Positions 46,520 to 56,545 of a stretch of DNA of 64,000 nt are shown piece after piece. Position 1 is the stretch's first letter, and every line of letters begins with the position of its first letter. Origin of the DNA: an uncultured Lachnospiraceae bacterium (lineage in GTDB: Bacteria > Bacillota > Clostridia > Christensenellales > UBA1242); the NCBI GenBank assembly GCA_964646345.1, contig CAZYDU010000001.1, positions 112,826 through 176,825 of the forward strand. The letters run 5' to 3'. The position numbers were made by a program, and so were the translations under genes. The notes below the pieces were generated by a model that had not been told where the DNA came from, ran no database searches, and worked only from the letters and a program-made list of their open reading frames with translations.

Positions 46520-47701
46520 CTATTCATTTCTCTTGCGTTTACCAAAAAGACCCGCAAACATCTCCGAGAAAAACCTTCCAACTTTATATCTTGCTTTTTT
46601 AGAAAAAATCAATACTAAAGTAAGCATAAGCAAACATACACCAACAACCGACAGCACTACGATTAGTGTTTCATTTGAATTAACTTTACCACTACTAGAC
46701 AATCCAGTTGCAATACCTTCAATTACATTTTCTTCGCCATCAGATGAAATTAACGAAACATCATTTAGAGATTTTTCGCTAGCCTGTTCACTCCCATACA
46801 AAACAACATCTAAAGTTTTAGCCAAGTATTCAGTTGAAGCTATTACTAAATCTTTTTCAATATTTTCACAACCCATTTCAAAAAGCATGGCACGACTAGA
46901 TAATTGTTGATTGTAATTTCCTTTACCAATATAAATATCTTTTATCAGTCCTGCATAAACTGAATCAGCATAAGATTTAATAGCATATGCAAAATTTTTA
47001 TTTTCTTCGTAATTGGCACTAGCTTTACCAACAACCATACGAATAGAACTCATCTGTTTTCCCTTTACTTTGGTTAAATAATAATCTCTTTTAGTTGAAT
47101 CTCTATGAATATCAAAAATTGCCTGAGCACCACTATTCAAAAGAGCAGAAGCTGTAACTTGACTTCGAGTATAAGCACCAGAGTTATGTGGCAAATGCAA
47201 ATCTTCCCTATAAATAACATCAATGCCTAATTTTTCAAGATTTGAAACCAAAGCACCGCCCACATCATGAATCCCGCCTTTTCCATAAACAGAATCAACA
47301 CCATCAGGTGTATAATAACTTTCATCATTATGTGTATGATATACTCCAACAATCTTTTGACTTTCAGCCTTCGCTACTTTTTTATTCAAAGAACTATTTG
47401 AAGGTAAAACTTTATATTCTGGAAGTATTTCATTACGAATAAATTTTGCTTTCGCTTGTCTTTTCTCATTATCAACAGATGTAATTTCATATAATTTATT
47501 ATCACTTGACAAATAATTATCCCCCTCACTAACATCATCACCTTTCAAAAGCAAAACATTATTATCTTCATCATAAATTGTAAAATATGCTTTTTGCTCC
47601 TTAGTTGCACCAGCAATTACAGTAGAAGGAAAAGAAATAAAAAGAGAAATCATAATAAAGAAACTTATATAAATATAACAACTAAACTTTTTCATCAACA
47701 T
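46520..47701 (-). CDS. spoIIP: Stage II sporulation protein P (amidase) with an extra C-terminal TM
   Basis: VYHTHNDESY, AYTRS, FDIHRDS and YNQ.LS.RAMLFEMG motifs. Confidence 0.9.
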   Translation of the reverse strand: MLMKKFSCYIYISFFIMISLFISFPSTVIAGATKEQKAYFTIYDEDNNVLLLKGDDVSEGDNYLSSDNKLYEITSVDNEKRQAKAKFIRNEILPEYKVLPSNSSLNKKVAKAESQKIVGVYHTHNDESYYTPDGVDSVYGKGGIHDVGGALVSNLEKLGIDVIYREDLHLPHNSGAYTRSQVTASALLNSGAQAIFDIHRDSTKRDYYLTKVKGKQMSSIRMVVGKASANYEENKNFAYAIKSYADSVYAGLIKDIYIGKGNYNQQLSSRAMLFEMGCENIEKDLVIASTEYLAKTLDVVLYGSEQASEKSLNDVSLISSDGEENVIEGIATGLSSSGKVNSNETLIVVLSVVGVCLLMLTLVLIFSKKARYKVGRFFSEMFAGLFGKRKRNE

Positions 47702-48482
47702 TTTCCCCTTTTACTATTTTCTTATTATTTTGTTCTACTTTTTCACTTTTTCGTTTATTTTTGACGTGATTTGCGTTTTTTATTTCTTTAATTCTACCTT
47801 CTTCCACGTGTTGTTTTGTTTGCAATTTTCCATTCTTCTCGGAATCGTAAGTGTACGTTTTAAAGTTATAAACTTTTTCTTCTTTTTTTAATGTAGCACT
47901 TTCAATGCATCTGCCAATAAATTCACTAACAGCAACTGAAATTATAATTGCCACAACATAAGTTGAAAAAGCACCACCAACACCAAGTCCCAAAATTGAT
48001 TTTTGATTTATACAAAGATTAATTATCCACTGAATAAGTTCTGCTAAAGTTATTCCAAACAAACAAGAAATGAAAGCATTCCTTCTACTTCTCCCTAGCA
48101 CATAAGCCACAATACCAGCAACAACACCGTAAATATACATATTATCTATAATCATTTCTTCGGGGTCAGCAGGCAAAATCCACTCAATCCCATAAATAAT
48201 TCCACCAACTATAACCGTACCGATAATAGCTCTCACAATATCTCTTGTTCCACAAGACAATAAAAGATAAATTGATAAAGCCAAAGGAATTAAAAAACCA
48301 CCTATAGAAAAGCAAAAATAATTTCCTATCCAAATTGGCGGTATAATTATTCCAATGCAAATAGCTATTAAAATAATTAATGCAGATTTATCAGATAATC
48401 TTAAATCATCAAGTATTCTTTGTCCCACACCAAACATCACAAACAAAATCACAATCGAAACAATACACAAACTTACCGACAT
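47682..48482 (-). CDS. DUF1614-like membrane protein
   Basis: FGVGQRILDDLRLSD, IGGFLIP, GIVAYVLGRSRR and GGAF motifs; precedes spoIIP. Confidence 0.75.
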   Translation of the reverse strand: MSVSLCIVSIVILFVMFGVGQRILDDLRLSDKSALIILIAICIGIIIPPIWIGNYFCFSIGGFLIPLALSIYLLLSCGTRDIVRAIIGTVIVGGIIYGIEWILPADPEEMIIDNMYIYGVVAGIVAYVLGRSRRNAFISCLFGITLAELIQWIINLCINQKSILGLGVGGAFSTYVVAIIISVAVSEFIGRCIESATLKKEEKVYNFKTYTYDSEKNGKLQTKQHVEEGRIKEIKNANHVKNKRKSEKVEQNNKKIVKGENVDEKV

Positions 48483-48525
48483 AAAAAATCTCCTTTACAC
48501 TTAGTATGTAAAAGAGATTTATTTT

Positions 48526-49380
48526 TTATTTAAAATTTTTATAAAAACTTATATCATTTTTATCAATTTCAATTTTTATATCATTCATATAAAACAAATA
48601 ATCATCACTTGAAAAATGAAATACCACCTTATAAGCACACAAGCATTGGTGTTTTTTGCCAACCTGCTTATTTATAACACTATCGCCATATTTTTCATCT
48701 CCCAGAATTGGATAACCTATATGACTTAAATGAGCTCGAATTTGATGAGTCCTTCCAGTCACAAGCTCTACTTCCAAAATTGAAAATTCATTACCAGCTT
48801 TGATTAGCTTGTAATTTGTTTTTATTTCTTCATATCCATCTTGTTTAAAATCACTAACATGAACTAAACTTTTTTCAGAGTTTTTCTTTAAATAAGCAAC
48901 AAGTTTTTGTTCTTCTATTTTCGGAACACCAACAACTTCAGCTAAATATAATTTTTCAAAATTTCTTTGCTTTATTGCATTGTCCAAAGAATTTTTAGTC
49001 TGTTCATTTTTTGCAAAAATTACCAAACCTTCAGTATTTCTATCCAAACGATGAACTGCAAAAATCTCATGATTTATATTTTTTTGCACTAATGATTTTA
49101 AATCGTCACCCGTGTCATTTAGTGTTTCAATTCCAGATTGTTTACAAACAACCAACAAGTCATCATTTTCAAAAATAATCTTTATCTTTTCTTCTGGAAA
49201 ATATATTTCAACTGTTTCTCCAGCATTAACAATAATATCTTTCGAAACTCTCTTGCCTTGAATTTTTACATCTTTATTTCTTATCAATCGCCAAACCAAA
49301 TTGTATTTAATATTAAAATTTTCATTTAATATTTTTGACAACTTTTGTGATTTCAAATTTTCAAATCTTTTAATTTCCAT
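48526..49380 (-). CDS. RluA family pseudouridine synthase with an S4 domain
   Basis: HRLDRNTEGL, TGRTHQIRAHL and PILGDEKYG motifs. Confidence 0.95.
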   Translation of the reverse strand: MEIKRFENLKSQKLSKILNENFNIKYNLVWRLIRNKDVKIQGKRVSKDIIVNAGETVEIYFPEEKIKIIFENDDLLVVCKQSGIETLNDTGDDLKSLVQKNINHEIFAVHRLDRNTEGLVIFAKNEQTKNSLDNAIKQRNFEKLYLAEVVGVPKIEEQKLVAYLKKNSEKSLVHVSDFKQDGYEEIKTNYKLIKAGNEFSILEVELVTGRTHQIRAHLSHIGYPILGDEKYGDSVINKQVGKKHQCLCAYKVVFHFSSDDYLFYMNDIKIEIDKNDISFYKNFK

Positions 49381-49409
49381 AAAAATTTCCCACATCAAAA
49401 AAAATCCAC

Positions 49410-49943
49410 TTATTTTGCAGATTTTTCATTTTCTGGTTTTTGATTTTTTGATTTTCTAAATTTATTTGCTTCATCGACATTACCATTACTAAGCATAAGT
49501 TCAAATTCATTAACAAAATCAAAGAAAGTTGAAATATCCTTAAATTTTTTATAGACTGATGCAAAACGGATATATGACACTTCATCTAATTCCTTAAGAC
49601 CTTCCATAACATATTCGCCAATGGTTTTTGAAGATATTTCTTCTTCTAACGTACTATAAACTTTCTTATTTATGCTTGAAACAAGCAAATCAATATCTGC
49701 AATAGATACCGGTCTTTTTTCACAAGCCTTCAAAATTCCAGTTCTAACTTTATCCGTTGAATATCTTTCACGATTGCCATTACTCTTAACAACCATGATT
49801 GGAGAAACTTCTATTGTTTCATAGGTATTAAACCTTCTTCCGCAACCCAAACACTCTCTCCTTCTTCTAATTGCATTCAATTCTTCACTTGACCTTGAAT
49901 CTATAACCTTACTTTCTTCTGAGCCACAATAAACACATCTCAT
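49410..49943 (-). CDS. nrdR: Transcriptional repressor NrdR
   Basis: CxxC, KVIDSR, IRRRREC..C..RF.TYE, ATP cone, YIRFASVY. Confidence 0.97.
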   Translation of the reverse strand: MRCVYCGSEESKVIDSRSSEELNAIRRRRECLGCGRRFNTYETIEVSPIMVVKSNGNRERYSTDKVRTGILKACEKRPVSIADIDLLVSSINKKVYSTLEEEISSKTIGEYVMEGLKELDEVSYIRFASVYKKFKDISTFFDFVNEFELMLSNGNVDEANKFRKSKNQKPENEKSAK

Positions 49944-49991
49944 ACTTTTTCTCCTAATAGTATAATACATGTTTTTGATTAATTTTGCAAC

Positions 49992-50357
49992 CTATTTATA
50001 TTTTTTATTTTCTAGTTTACGAAACCTTATAAACGATTCAGATTGACTACTATTTTTCACAGTTAACATTTTATTTTGGTCATTTTTTTTATCGTTATTT
50101 TTTACATACTTTCCATAATATGTATCCGCAATTTCAAAACGAACTAAAATAACATCATCTCCAATTCGCCTAACTTTTTCAAGCGGAATAAAAACATCTT
50201 CATTCTTTTTAAAAATCTTTTTTTCTCCCGGCACAATAAGTCCAGAAACTTTTCCAGATTCACTATTGAAAACTACATCAATAATCCTACCCATTTTAGA
50301 GCCATCACACAAATTAATTATTTCCTTACTTTTTAACTCATTATACGAAATATCCAT
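49992..50357 (-). CDS. ylmC: YlmC/YmxH family PRC-barrel sporulation protein
   Basis: ELKSKEIINLCDG.KMG.I.D...IP.EKVRRIGDDVILV. Confidence 0.9.
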   Translation of the reverse strand: MDISYNELKSKEIINLCDGSKMGRIIDVVFNSESGKVSGLIVPGEKKIFKKNEDVFIPLEKVRRIGDDVILVRFEIADTYYGKYVKNNDKKNDQNKMLTVKNSSQSESFIRFRKLENKKYK

Positions 50358-50396
50358 ATTAAATTATATTCAAAAAGAAAAACTTGTACCACTACA

Positions 50397-50426
50397 TGCA
50401 TAAAAAATCAGTTAATTGAAAAACTT
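50397..50426 (+). promoter_or_regulatory. SigF/SigG-type promoter candidate for sigG
   Basis: TGCATA-N15-GAAAAACTT upstream of the sigG RBS, resembling the forespore sigma-F consensus. Confidence 0.5.
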
Positions 50427-50448
50427 AAAAATAAATCAAGGAGCAAAA

Positions 50449-51222
50449 ATGGCAAACAAAGTTATAATCTGTGGAATTGATACTTCAAGTCTTCCTAGAT
50501 GCAATAGCGAAACATTAAATAATCTTATGCTAAAAATTAAACAAGGAGACGATGAAGCACGAGACGAATTTATTTTTTATAATATAAGACTAGTTTTATC
50601 TATAGTCCAAAGATTTTCATCAAGCAAAGATAATACCGATGATATTTTTCAAGTTGGAATAATCGGACTTATCAAATCCATTGACAATTTTGATATGAAT
50701 TTAGGTGTTAAATTTTCAACTTATGCCGTTCCAATGATTATTGGAGAAATTCGAAAATATTTAAGAGACTTAAATAGTCTAAAAGTAACAAGAAGCACTA
50801 GAGACATTGCTTATAAAGCTTTGCAAGCAAAAGAAAAAATTTTAAAAGAAACAAACAAAGATGCTAGCATTAGCGAAATAGCAAATCAAACCGGAATATC
50901 TGAATATAAAATAGCAGATGCAATGAACGCAATAAGCGAACCATTATCATTATATGATACGGTTTTTCATGATAATGGAGACACCATGTTAATTATGGAC
51001 CAAATAAAAGACTCAACAACCGATGAGTCTATTATTGAAAAAACTGTGTTGCGACAAGCCTTAAAAAAATTAGGCAGACGTGAGCAACAAATTTTATATT
51101 TAAGATATTTCGCAGGCAAAACCCAAATGGAGATTTCAGACCAAATAGGAATAAGTCAAGCACAAGTTTCAAGATTGGAAAAAGATGCATTAAAAGAAAT
51201 TAAAGTTAATGTATCTGACTAA
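50449..51222 (+). CDS. sigG: RNA polymerase sporulation sigma factor SigG
   Basis: MANKVIICGIDTSSLP SigG N-terminus; NIRLVLSIVQRF, FSTYAVPMIIGEI and GKTQMEI..IGISQAQVSRLEK motifs. Confidence 0.95.
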   Translation: MANKVIICGIDTSSLPRCNSETLNNLMLKIKQGDDEARDEFIFYNIRLVLSIVQRFSSSKDNTDDIFQVGIIGLIKSIDNFDMNLGVKFSTYAVPMIIGEIRKYLRDLNSLKVTRSTRDIAYKALQAKEKILKETNKDASISEIANQTGISEYKIADAMNAISEPLSLYDTVFHDNGDTMLIMDQIKDSTTDESIIEKTVLRQALKKLGRREQQILYLRYFAGKTQMEISDQIGISQAQVSRLEKDALKEIKVNVSD

Positions 51223-51298
51223 AAACGCAAATTATGTCAATTTTTGTTGAATTTTTGATATTTTATCGCATATATTCAGTATTTATTCAAAATCAACC

Positions 51299-51991
51299 TT
51301 AAGCCAGTTTCATTATTGCAACCTTCATTTTATCTAAAATCTTCTTTTCAATCCTAGAAATATAGCTTTGAGAAATATCAAAATAATCGGCAACTTGTTT
51401 TTGGGTCATTTCATTTTTTCCACCAAAGCCATATCTCATATACATTATTTCTTTCTCTTTTTGTGATAAATTTTCCAAAACATAAGTTAGATTTGAAAAC
51501 TCATCTTGTCTATCTAAATTCTGAGATACTTCATCAGGTTCACTAGAAAGAACATCACTAATACAAAGCTCATTACCTTCAGAATCCGTGTTTAATGGTT
51601 CATAAAGTGACACTTCTTGTTTTTGTTTTGCAACCTTTCTCAAATGCATTAGGATTTCATTTTCAATACATCTTGAAGCATAGGTTGCAAGTTTTATATT
51701 TTTAGAATTATCAAAAGATTCAACAGCTTTAATTAAACCTATAGTTCCTATGCTTATCAAATCTTCAATAGGCACATTTGTGTTATCAAATTTTTGAGCC
51801 GTGTAAACAACTAATCTCAAATTTCTTTCAATTAATTGATTTCTAGCTTCATCAGACCCAACTTTCATTTTGTCTGTCATTTCTTTTTCATCTATACTTG
51901 ACAACTTTTCGGGTAAAATTTCTCCTGCACTTGCAATGTAAAAAATTTGATTAGCTGGTTTTTTTATTAACTTTTTAAAAAACTTAAACAT
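51299..51991 (-). CDS. sigE: RNA polymerase sporulation sigma factor SigE (pro-form)
   Basis: Basic pro-sequence then FYI....ILP; LIERNLRLVVY, KLATYASRCIENEILM and ISQSYISRIEK motifs; follows spoIIGA. Confidence 0.93.
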   Translation of the reverse strand: MFKFFKKLIKKPANQIFYIASAGEILPEKLSSIDEKEMTDKMKVGSDEARNQLIERNLRLVVYTAQKFDNTNVPIEDLISIGTIGLIKAVESFDNSKNIKLATYASRCIENEILMHLRKVAKQKQEVSLYEPLNTDSEGNELCISDVLSSEPDEVSQNLDRQDEFSNLTYVLENLSQKEKEIMYMRYGFGGKNEMTQKQVADYFDISQSYISRIEKKILDKMKVAIMKLA

Positions 51992-51999
51992 AATCCCCC

Positions 52000-52818
52000 T
52001 TATATAAAATCTCGCCAAAGCAGACAATCATATTTTCCATTTTCAAATTTCTTATCAACCACACCAACAACACAATCCGCAACAATCCATTCATTTTCAA
52101 TTTTAACTTTTACATTTATATTTTCTAAAATTGGAATAGCGAAAGTTGAAGATGAAATTGTCTCGCAATTTAATTTGTGACTATTTTCGTCTATCATTTT
52201 TTTGTAATCATTTTTAGAAACAAGTTTTGTTATTGTTTGCAACGAAATCACAAGAACTGGTTTATTGGTTTTTGTATCAATCAATGAATTTCCACTGTCG
52301 ACAAGACCATAAACATTAATATGTTTGTTTTCAATCGTTAATGACACTTCTATTAAATTTCGATTGAAATTTGTATTTTTTGATATAATTCTCGTTAATT
52401 TAAAAACAGCAAAAATATAACAAATTATTCCAATTTCGAGCAAATATTGTCGATTCTTTGGAAAATTTCGCATTAATTTAATTTCATAAATGTTCTCTAT
52501 CCACTTAATTAAAAACCAAGCAAAACCACCAACTGAAAACAAAAGTACATATTCTAAAAATAAAAATTTAATAAGCTTTTTAAATCTAAAGGAATCAGTT
52601 AAGAAAATTACCGTTATTAATTTTGCAAATATTTTTATTAAAATCTCTACACAAAAATTAAGTTCCAAAAATAAACATAAAACATTAGCCGATACTTTCG
52701 GAATCTGCAAAAATAGCACGTAAATGAATTTATATTTTATTTTAAAAAACTTCAAAACAATAAAATCACAAATCAGTTCCACCAAAAAAGCAATCACAAT
52801 AAAATTAATTTTTTCCAT
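52000..52818 (-). CDS. spoIIGA: Sigma-E processing peptidase SpoIIGA (divergent)
   Basis: Five N-terminal TM segments, catalytic GLVDSGNSL.D motif; lies between ftsZ and sigE. Confidence 0.88.
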   Translation of the reverse strand: MEKINFIVIAFLVELICDFIVLKFFKIKYKFIYVLFLQIPKVSANVLCLFLELNFCVEILIKIFAKLITVIFLTDSFRFKKLIKFLFLEYVLLFSVGGFAWFLIKWIENIYEIKLMRNFPKNRQYLLEIGIICYIFAVFKLTRIISKNTNFNRNLIEVSLTIENKHINVYGLVDSGNSLIDTKTNKPVLVISLQTITKLVSKNDYKKMIDENSHKLNCETISSSTFAIPILENINVKVKIENEWIVADCVVGVVDKKFENGKYDCLLWRDFI

Positions 52819-52991
52819 GCCTTAATTATAAAAAAAATTGTTTACTCGTTATAGAAATAAAATGGAATATAAGTGGTTTTTTAGTCCAATTTTATAACAA
52901 GTTGTTTTATTATAAAAGTCTATTATAGTAGCAAAATTTTTACATAAAAAAACAATGACCTTTTTCAGCTATTGTTTTTTATTGTTTTTAA

Positions 52992-54455
52992 TTATTTATT
53001 AAATTTCCTTCTCAAAAATGGTGGAATTTCAGCATTGTCAACTTTGACATTTGAATCAAGTCTAGCGGTTCTTTCAATATTTATTGGTTGAACTTGTGTT
53101 GGATTTTGAATATTTTGTCTAGGTTGAGACACATCTTGAAAGTTTTGTTCATTCATTGTTTTTTGTTCAGCATAATCTTTGATTAAACCATACTTTCTAT
53201 CAAATTCTTCTTCTTGATTTTTTGGAGCAACATTTTGTGAAGTTGATTTTAATCTATTCCAAAGGTCAACATCGGTGTATGCTTCTCTTTTTTCTTTAAT
53301 AAACTCTGGTCTCATAACAGGGTTTTGAACCTTTGGTGGCTCATTTTCATTTCTTTCAAACAAAGACATCATTGTTGGCTTTCCAGCAACATAATCGTTA
53401 AACTTGTTTCTATCAAAATTGCCAGTTTCCTGTGGTTTTGAAATATTTGGAATTTGAACATTTGCTAGACGTTGAGCTTGATTTTGATTAGTTGCATTTT
53501 CAAATCTACTACCTTCAAATCCAGTTGCTACAATCGTTACAATCATTCTGTCATTATATTCTTCATCAATAGTTGTACCAAAAATTGTATTAGCTTCAGG
53601 AGATACAACTTCTTTCACCAAATTAACAGCATCATTAACTTCTTCCAAAGTTAAATCGAAACCACCTTTAATATTGATGATAACAGCTTTTGCACCATTT
53701 ATAGATGTTTCAAGAAGTGGACTTGCAATAGCTTGACGCACTGCAATTTCATTTCTCTTTTCGCCTTTTCCTTCGCCAATACCCATGTGAGCTAGACCCC
53801 TATTTTTCATAACAGTTCTAACATCAGCAAAGTCAAGATTGATAAGTGACGGTGTAGCAATCAAATCTGAAATACCTTGAATACCTTGTCTTAAAACTTC
53901 ATCAGCATACTTGAATGCATCAACAATACTCGTTCCTTTTGGAGCGATTGATAAAAGCCTATCATTTGGAATAACAACCAAAGTATCGACACATTTACTT
54001 AAATTTTTTATACCAACTTCAGCATTTGCAAGTCTCGTTCTACCTTCAAACTCAAATGGTTTAGTTACAACCGCAATAGTTAAAATACCCATTTCTCGAG
54101 CAATGCTTGCAATAACAGGAGCAGCACCAGTACCAGTACCACCACCCATACCTGCAGTGATAAACACCAAATCTACACCACGCAATTTTTCGCAAATCTG
54201 AGACCTGCTTTCTTCTGCAGCTTTTCTACCAATCTCTGGGTCAGCACCAGCACCCAAGCCTTTTGTCAATTTTTCGCCTAGTTGAATTTGCATGGTAGCT
54301 TTACTCATCATAAGAGCTTGTTTATCAGTGTTTGCAGCAACAAAAGACGCACTCTTTAAACCAGATGCAATCATACGGTTAACAGCATTGCAACCGCCAC
54401 CGCCAACACCAACAACTAAAATTTTACAAATAGGTGTAATATTATTAATTTCCAT
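52992..54455 (-). CDS. ftsZ: Cell division protein FtsZ with a long C-terminal linker
   Basis: [27 protein letters not shown] motifs; terminal IPPFLRR peptide. Confidence 0.98.
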   Translation of the reverse strand: MEINNITPICKILVVGVGGGGCNAVNRMIASGLKSASFVAANTDKQALMMSKATMQIQLGEKLTKGLGAGADPEIGRKAAEESRSQICEKLRGVDLVFITAGMGGGTGTGAAPVIASIAREMGILTIAVVTKPFEFEGRTRLANAEVGIKNLSKCVDTLVVIPNDRLLSIAPKGTSIVDAFKYADEVLRQGIQGISDLIATPSLINLDFADVRTVMKNRGLAHMGIGEGKGEKRNEIAVRQAIASPLLETSINGAKAVIINIKGGFDLTLEEVNDAVNLVKEVVSPEANTIFGTTIDEEYNDRMIVTIVATGFEGSRFENATNQNQAQRLANVQIPNISKPQETGNFDRNKFNDYVAGKPTMMSLFERNENEPPKVQNPVMRPEFIKEKREAYTDVDLWNRLKSTSQNVAPKNQEEEFDRKYGLIKDYAEQKTMNEQNFQDVSQPRQNIQNPTQVQPINIERTARLDSNVKVDNAEIPPFLRRKFNK

Positions 54456-54466
54456 AATCTACCTCA

Positions 54467-55612
54467 TTAAATTTCTAACATAGTTTCTAGCATTTGCTCA
54501 TCATGCAAAGCCAAATACATAAGACCAACTTCTGATGAATAATCAGGACTACTGATATTTGGATATGTAGGCGAAACTAAATTGACCTTTCTTTTTAATT
54601 TATTAGACACAACCGACTTTATACCTTTTATAAAATTAAATCCGCCACCAGTAAAGTTTATCGGTAAAAATTCAGGAAGTGCATAAACACAATTATCTAG
54701 ACATTTCTGGATATAATCACAAATCATTTCAATTCTATCGGAGACAATATCATTGCACGCTGCCGCTGAATATGTTTGAATATGTCCATCACTGCCTTCA
54801 ATCTCGTAAACATCTCTAGGTCCTGCACGCCAACCGAGTATAATTTTACGTTTAAGTTTTTCCGCTTCCGCAAACGAAATCTTCAAGCACTCCAATAAAT
54901 CTGCTGTTATATATCCGCCACCCATTGAGAAACTATTTAAAAACAAGAGTCCGTTGCCACGAAAGATAGCAACATTGGTTGTAATGTAACCCACATCAAC
55001 CAAAATCGAATATTTATCTCTCATTTTCGGGTCAAATAAATAAAGTCCTTCAGCAAGATTTGCACTTATAAAACCTTTAACCATAATTTTTAGTTCCGCA
55101 AATATTGACTTCAAACTATTAGTAAAAGATTTTCTTGCAAGCACGAATGATACAACACCAGTAACAGTTTTTGCTTTCATGCCTATTGGGTCTATAACTC
55201 TTTTTGAACCATCTATTTCATAATATATAACCGACTTATTGATAACCTTAAACATTGGGTCAGTATCAAAATCATTACCTGTATCAAAAATATTCTGCAC
55301 ATCAAATTCTGTTATTTTTTTATACTTTGGAAACGTTAAATTTATTGACTTTGTTACACAAGAACAAAATTCTCCAGGAACACCAACATAAACTTCATAC
55401 ACTTTTTTATCACTAGAAATTTCAGCATTAGAAATACTATTAGCAATTACAAGTTTAAGGTTTTCAGGCTCTAAAAACTCGGCATTTTGAAAACCAGCAT
55501 AAAAAATCTCACCCTTACCTGAAATGTTAAAGGTGTTATTCACTCCATGTTCTCCAATCATCGTAACAACTGATGTCGAACCGATATCAACTATCGCAAC
55601 TGAGTTTTTCAT
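54467..55612 (-). CDS. ftsA: Cell division protein FtsA (divergent)
   Basis: VDIGS, VDVG..TT, GGGYITADL, AEKLK and FTGGG actin-fold motifs; upstream of ftsZ. Confidence 0.88.
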   Translation of the reverse strand: MKNSVAIVDIGSTSVVTMIGEHGVNNTFNISGKGEIFYAGFQNAEFLEPENLKLVIANSISNAEISSDKKVYEVYVGVPGEFCSCVTKSINLTFPKYKKITEFDVQNIFDTGNDFDTDPMFKVINKSVIYYEIDGSKRVIDPIGMKAKTVTGVVSFVLARKSFTNSLKSIFAELKIMVKGFISANLAEGLYLFDPKMRDKYSILVDVGYITTNVAIFRGNGLLFLNSFSMGGGYITADLLECLKISFAEAEKLKRKIILGWRAGPRDVYEIEGSDGHIQTYSAAACNDIVSDRIEMICDYIQKCLDNCVYALPEFLPINFTGGGFNFIKGIKSVVSNKLKRKVNLVSPTYPNISSPDYSSEVGLMYLALHDEQMLETMLEI

Positions 55613-55746
55613 GATTTATACTTATAGTTCTCCTATAATAATTAAAGTATATTCGACTTAAAAATTTATGTCAAATAAAAACATTGCCAATTATTAAATT
55701 ATGTGCTAAAACACTCAATTTTATGAAAAAAAGGATAGAGCTTAAT

Positions 55747-56544
55747 CTATCCCAATTTACAACCTTCATCGTCTGATATTATTATAACTTTTTCATTAAG
55801 ATTAATATTTTCAAAACTCTTGTCAACATAGGCACTTGTAGCTTTAAATGCTTTATTTTTTAAATCATTTAGCCCAACGAGTTTAATCACACAACCGCCA
55901 TTATAATCCAAGTCAGTCGCTCTCATAGTTAAAGCGAATGTATTTGTTTCTGTGTTAAAATCAATAGACATAACCGCAAAAAATTCTTCAGTTTTTCCGT
56001 AAACACCCGCTGTTATGTCATTTAATTTTGTTAGTTCTGTATTTGAATTAATAAAGTCACCTACACTGGTTTTTGTTGCTTTTAAATACTTAATTTCCAC
56101 GGTATTTGATCTAAAATTATTTGTATCCAATTCCGATTCAGACACAATCTCCAACACCTTAAATTCATCATCTAGTATATACCATTGACCAGCAGATGAA
56201 GAAGACTCCATTCTGTATTTTGGTATACGTTCTAAAACATAGACACAAATTTTGTTTGGAAATTTACGAATTACTTGATCAACCTTAATATAAGGATTTG
56301 CCTTTTCGATTTTTTCAACGCTTTCCTTTGTATTTGTAAATAGTACAGATTTTTTATAGTTGAATTCGCCGTCTTTTTTAACTTTGTCTAAAATGCCCGT
56401 TTCTAATCTGGTTTCATCAACAAGTCTTGTTCTAAAATCAACACTAACAGTTGTAAGCTTTGTCAAAAAATGTACTCCCAGACACAAAACAAAAATTCCA
56501 AGTACTGTACAAGCTAACGTAATCCATAACTTTTTTCTTTTCAT
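55747..56544 (-). CDS. ftsQ: Cell division protein FtsQ/DivIB
   Basis: Single N-terminal TM; POTRA domain (NPYIKV..V.RKFPNKI.V.V.ER.P). Confidence 0.8.
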   Translation of the reverse strand: MKRKKLWITLACTVLGIFVLCLGVHFLTKLTTVSVDFRTRLVDETRLETGILDKVKKDGEFNYKKSVLFTNTKESVEKIEKANPYIKVDQVIRKFPNKICVYVLERIPKYRMESSSSAGQWYILDDEFKVLEIVSESELDTNNFRSNTVEIKYLKATKTSVGDFINSNTELTKLNDITAGVYGKTEEFFAVMSIDFNTETNTFALTMRATDLDYNGGCVIKLVGLNDLKNKAFKATSAYVDKSFENINLNEKVIIISDDEGCKLG

Positions 56545-56545
56545 A

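Noticed and set aside
50358-51298. sigG as a phase-variable invertible segment
   Set aside because: No convincing inverted repeats at the two junctions beyond AT-rich chance matches, and no recombinase nearby
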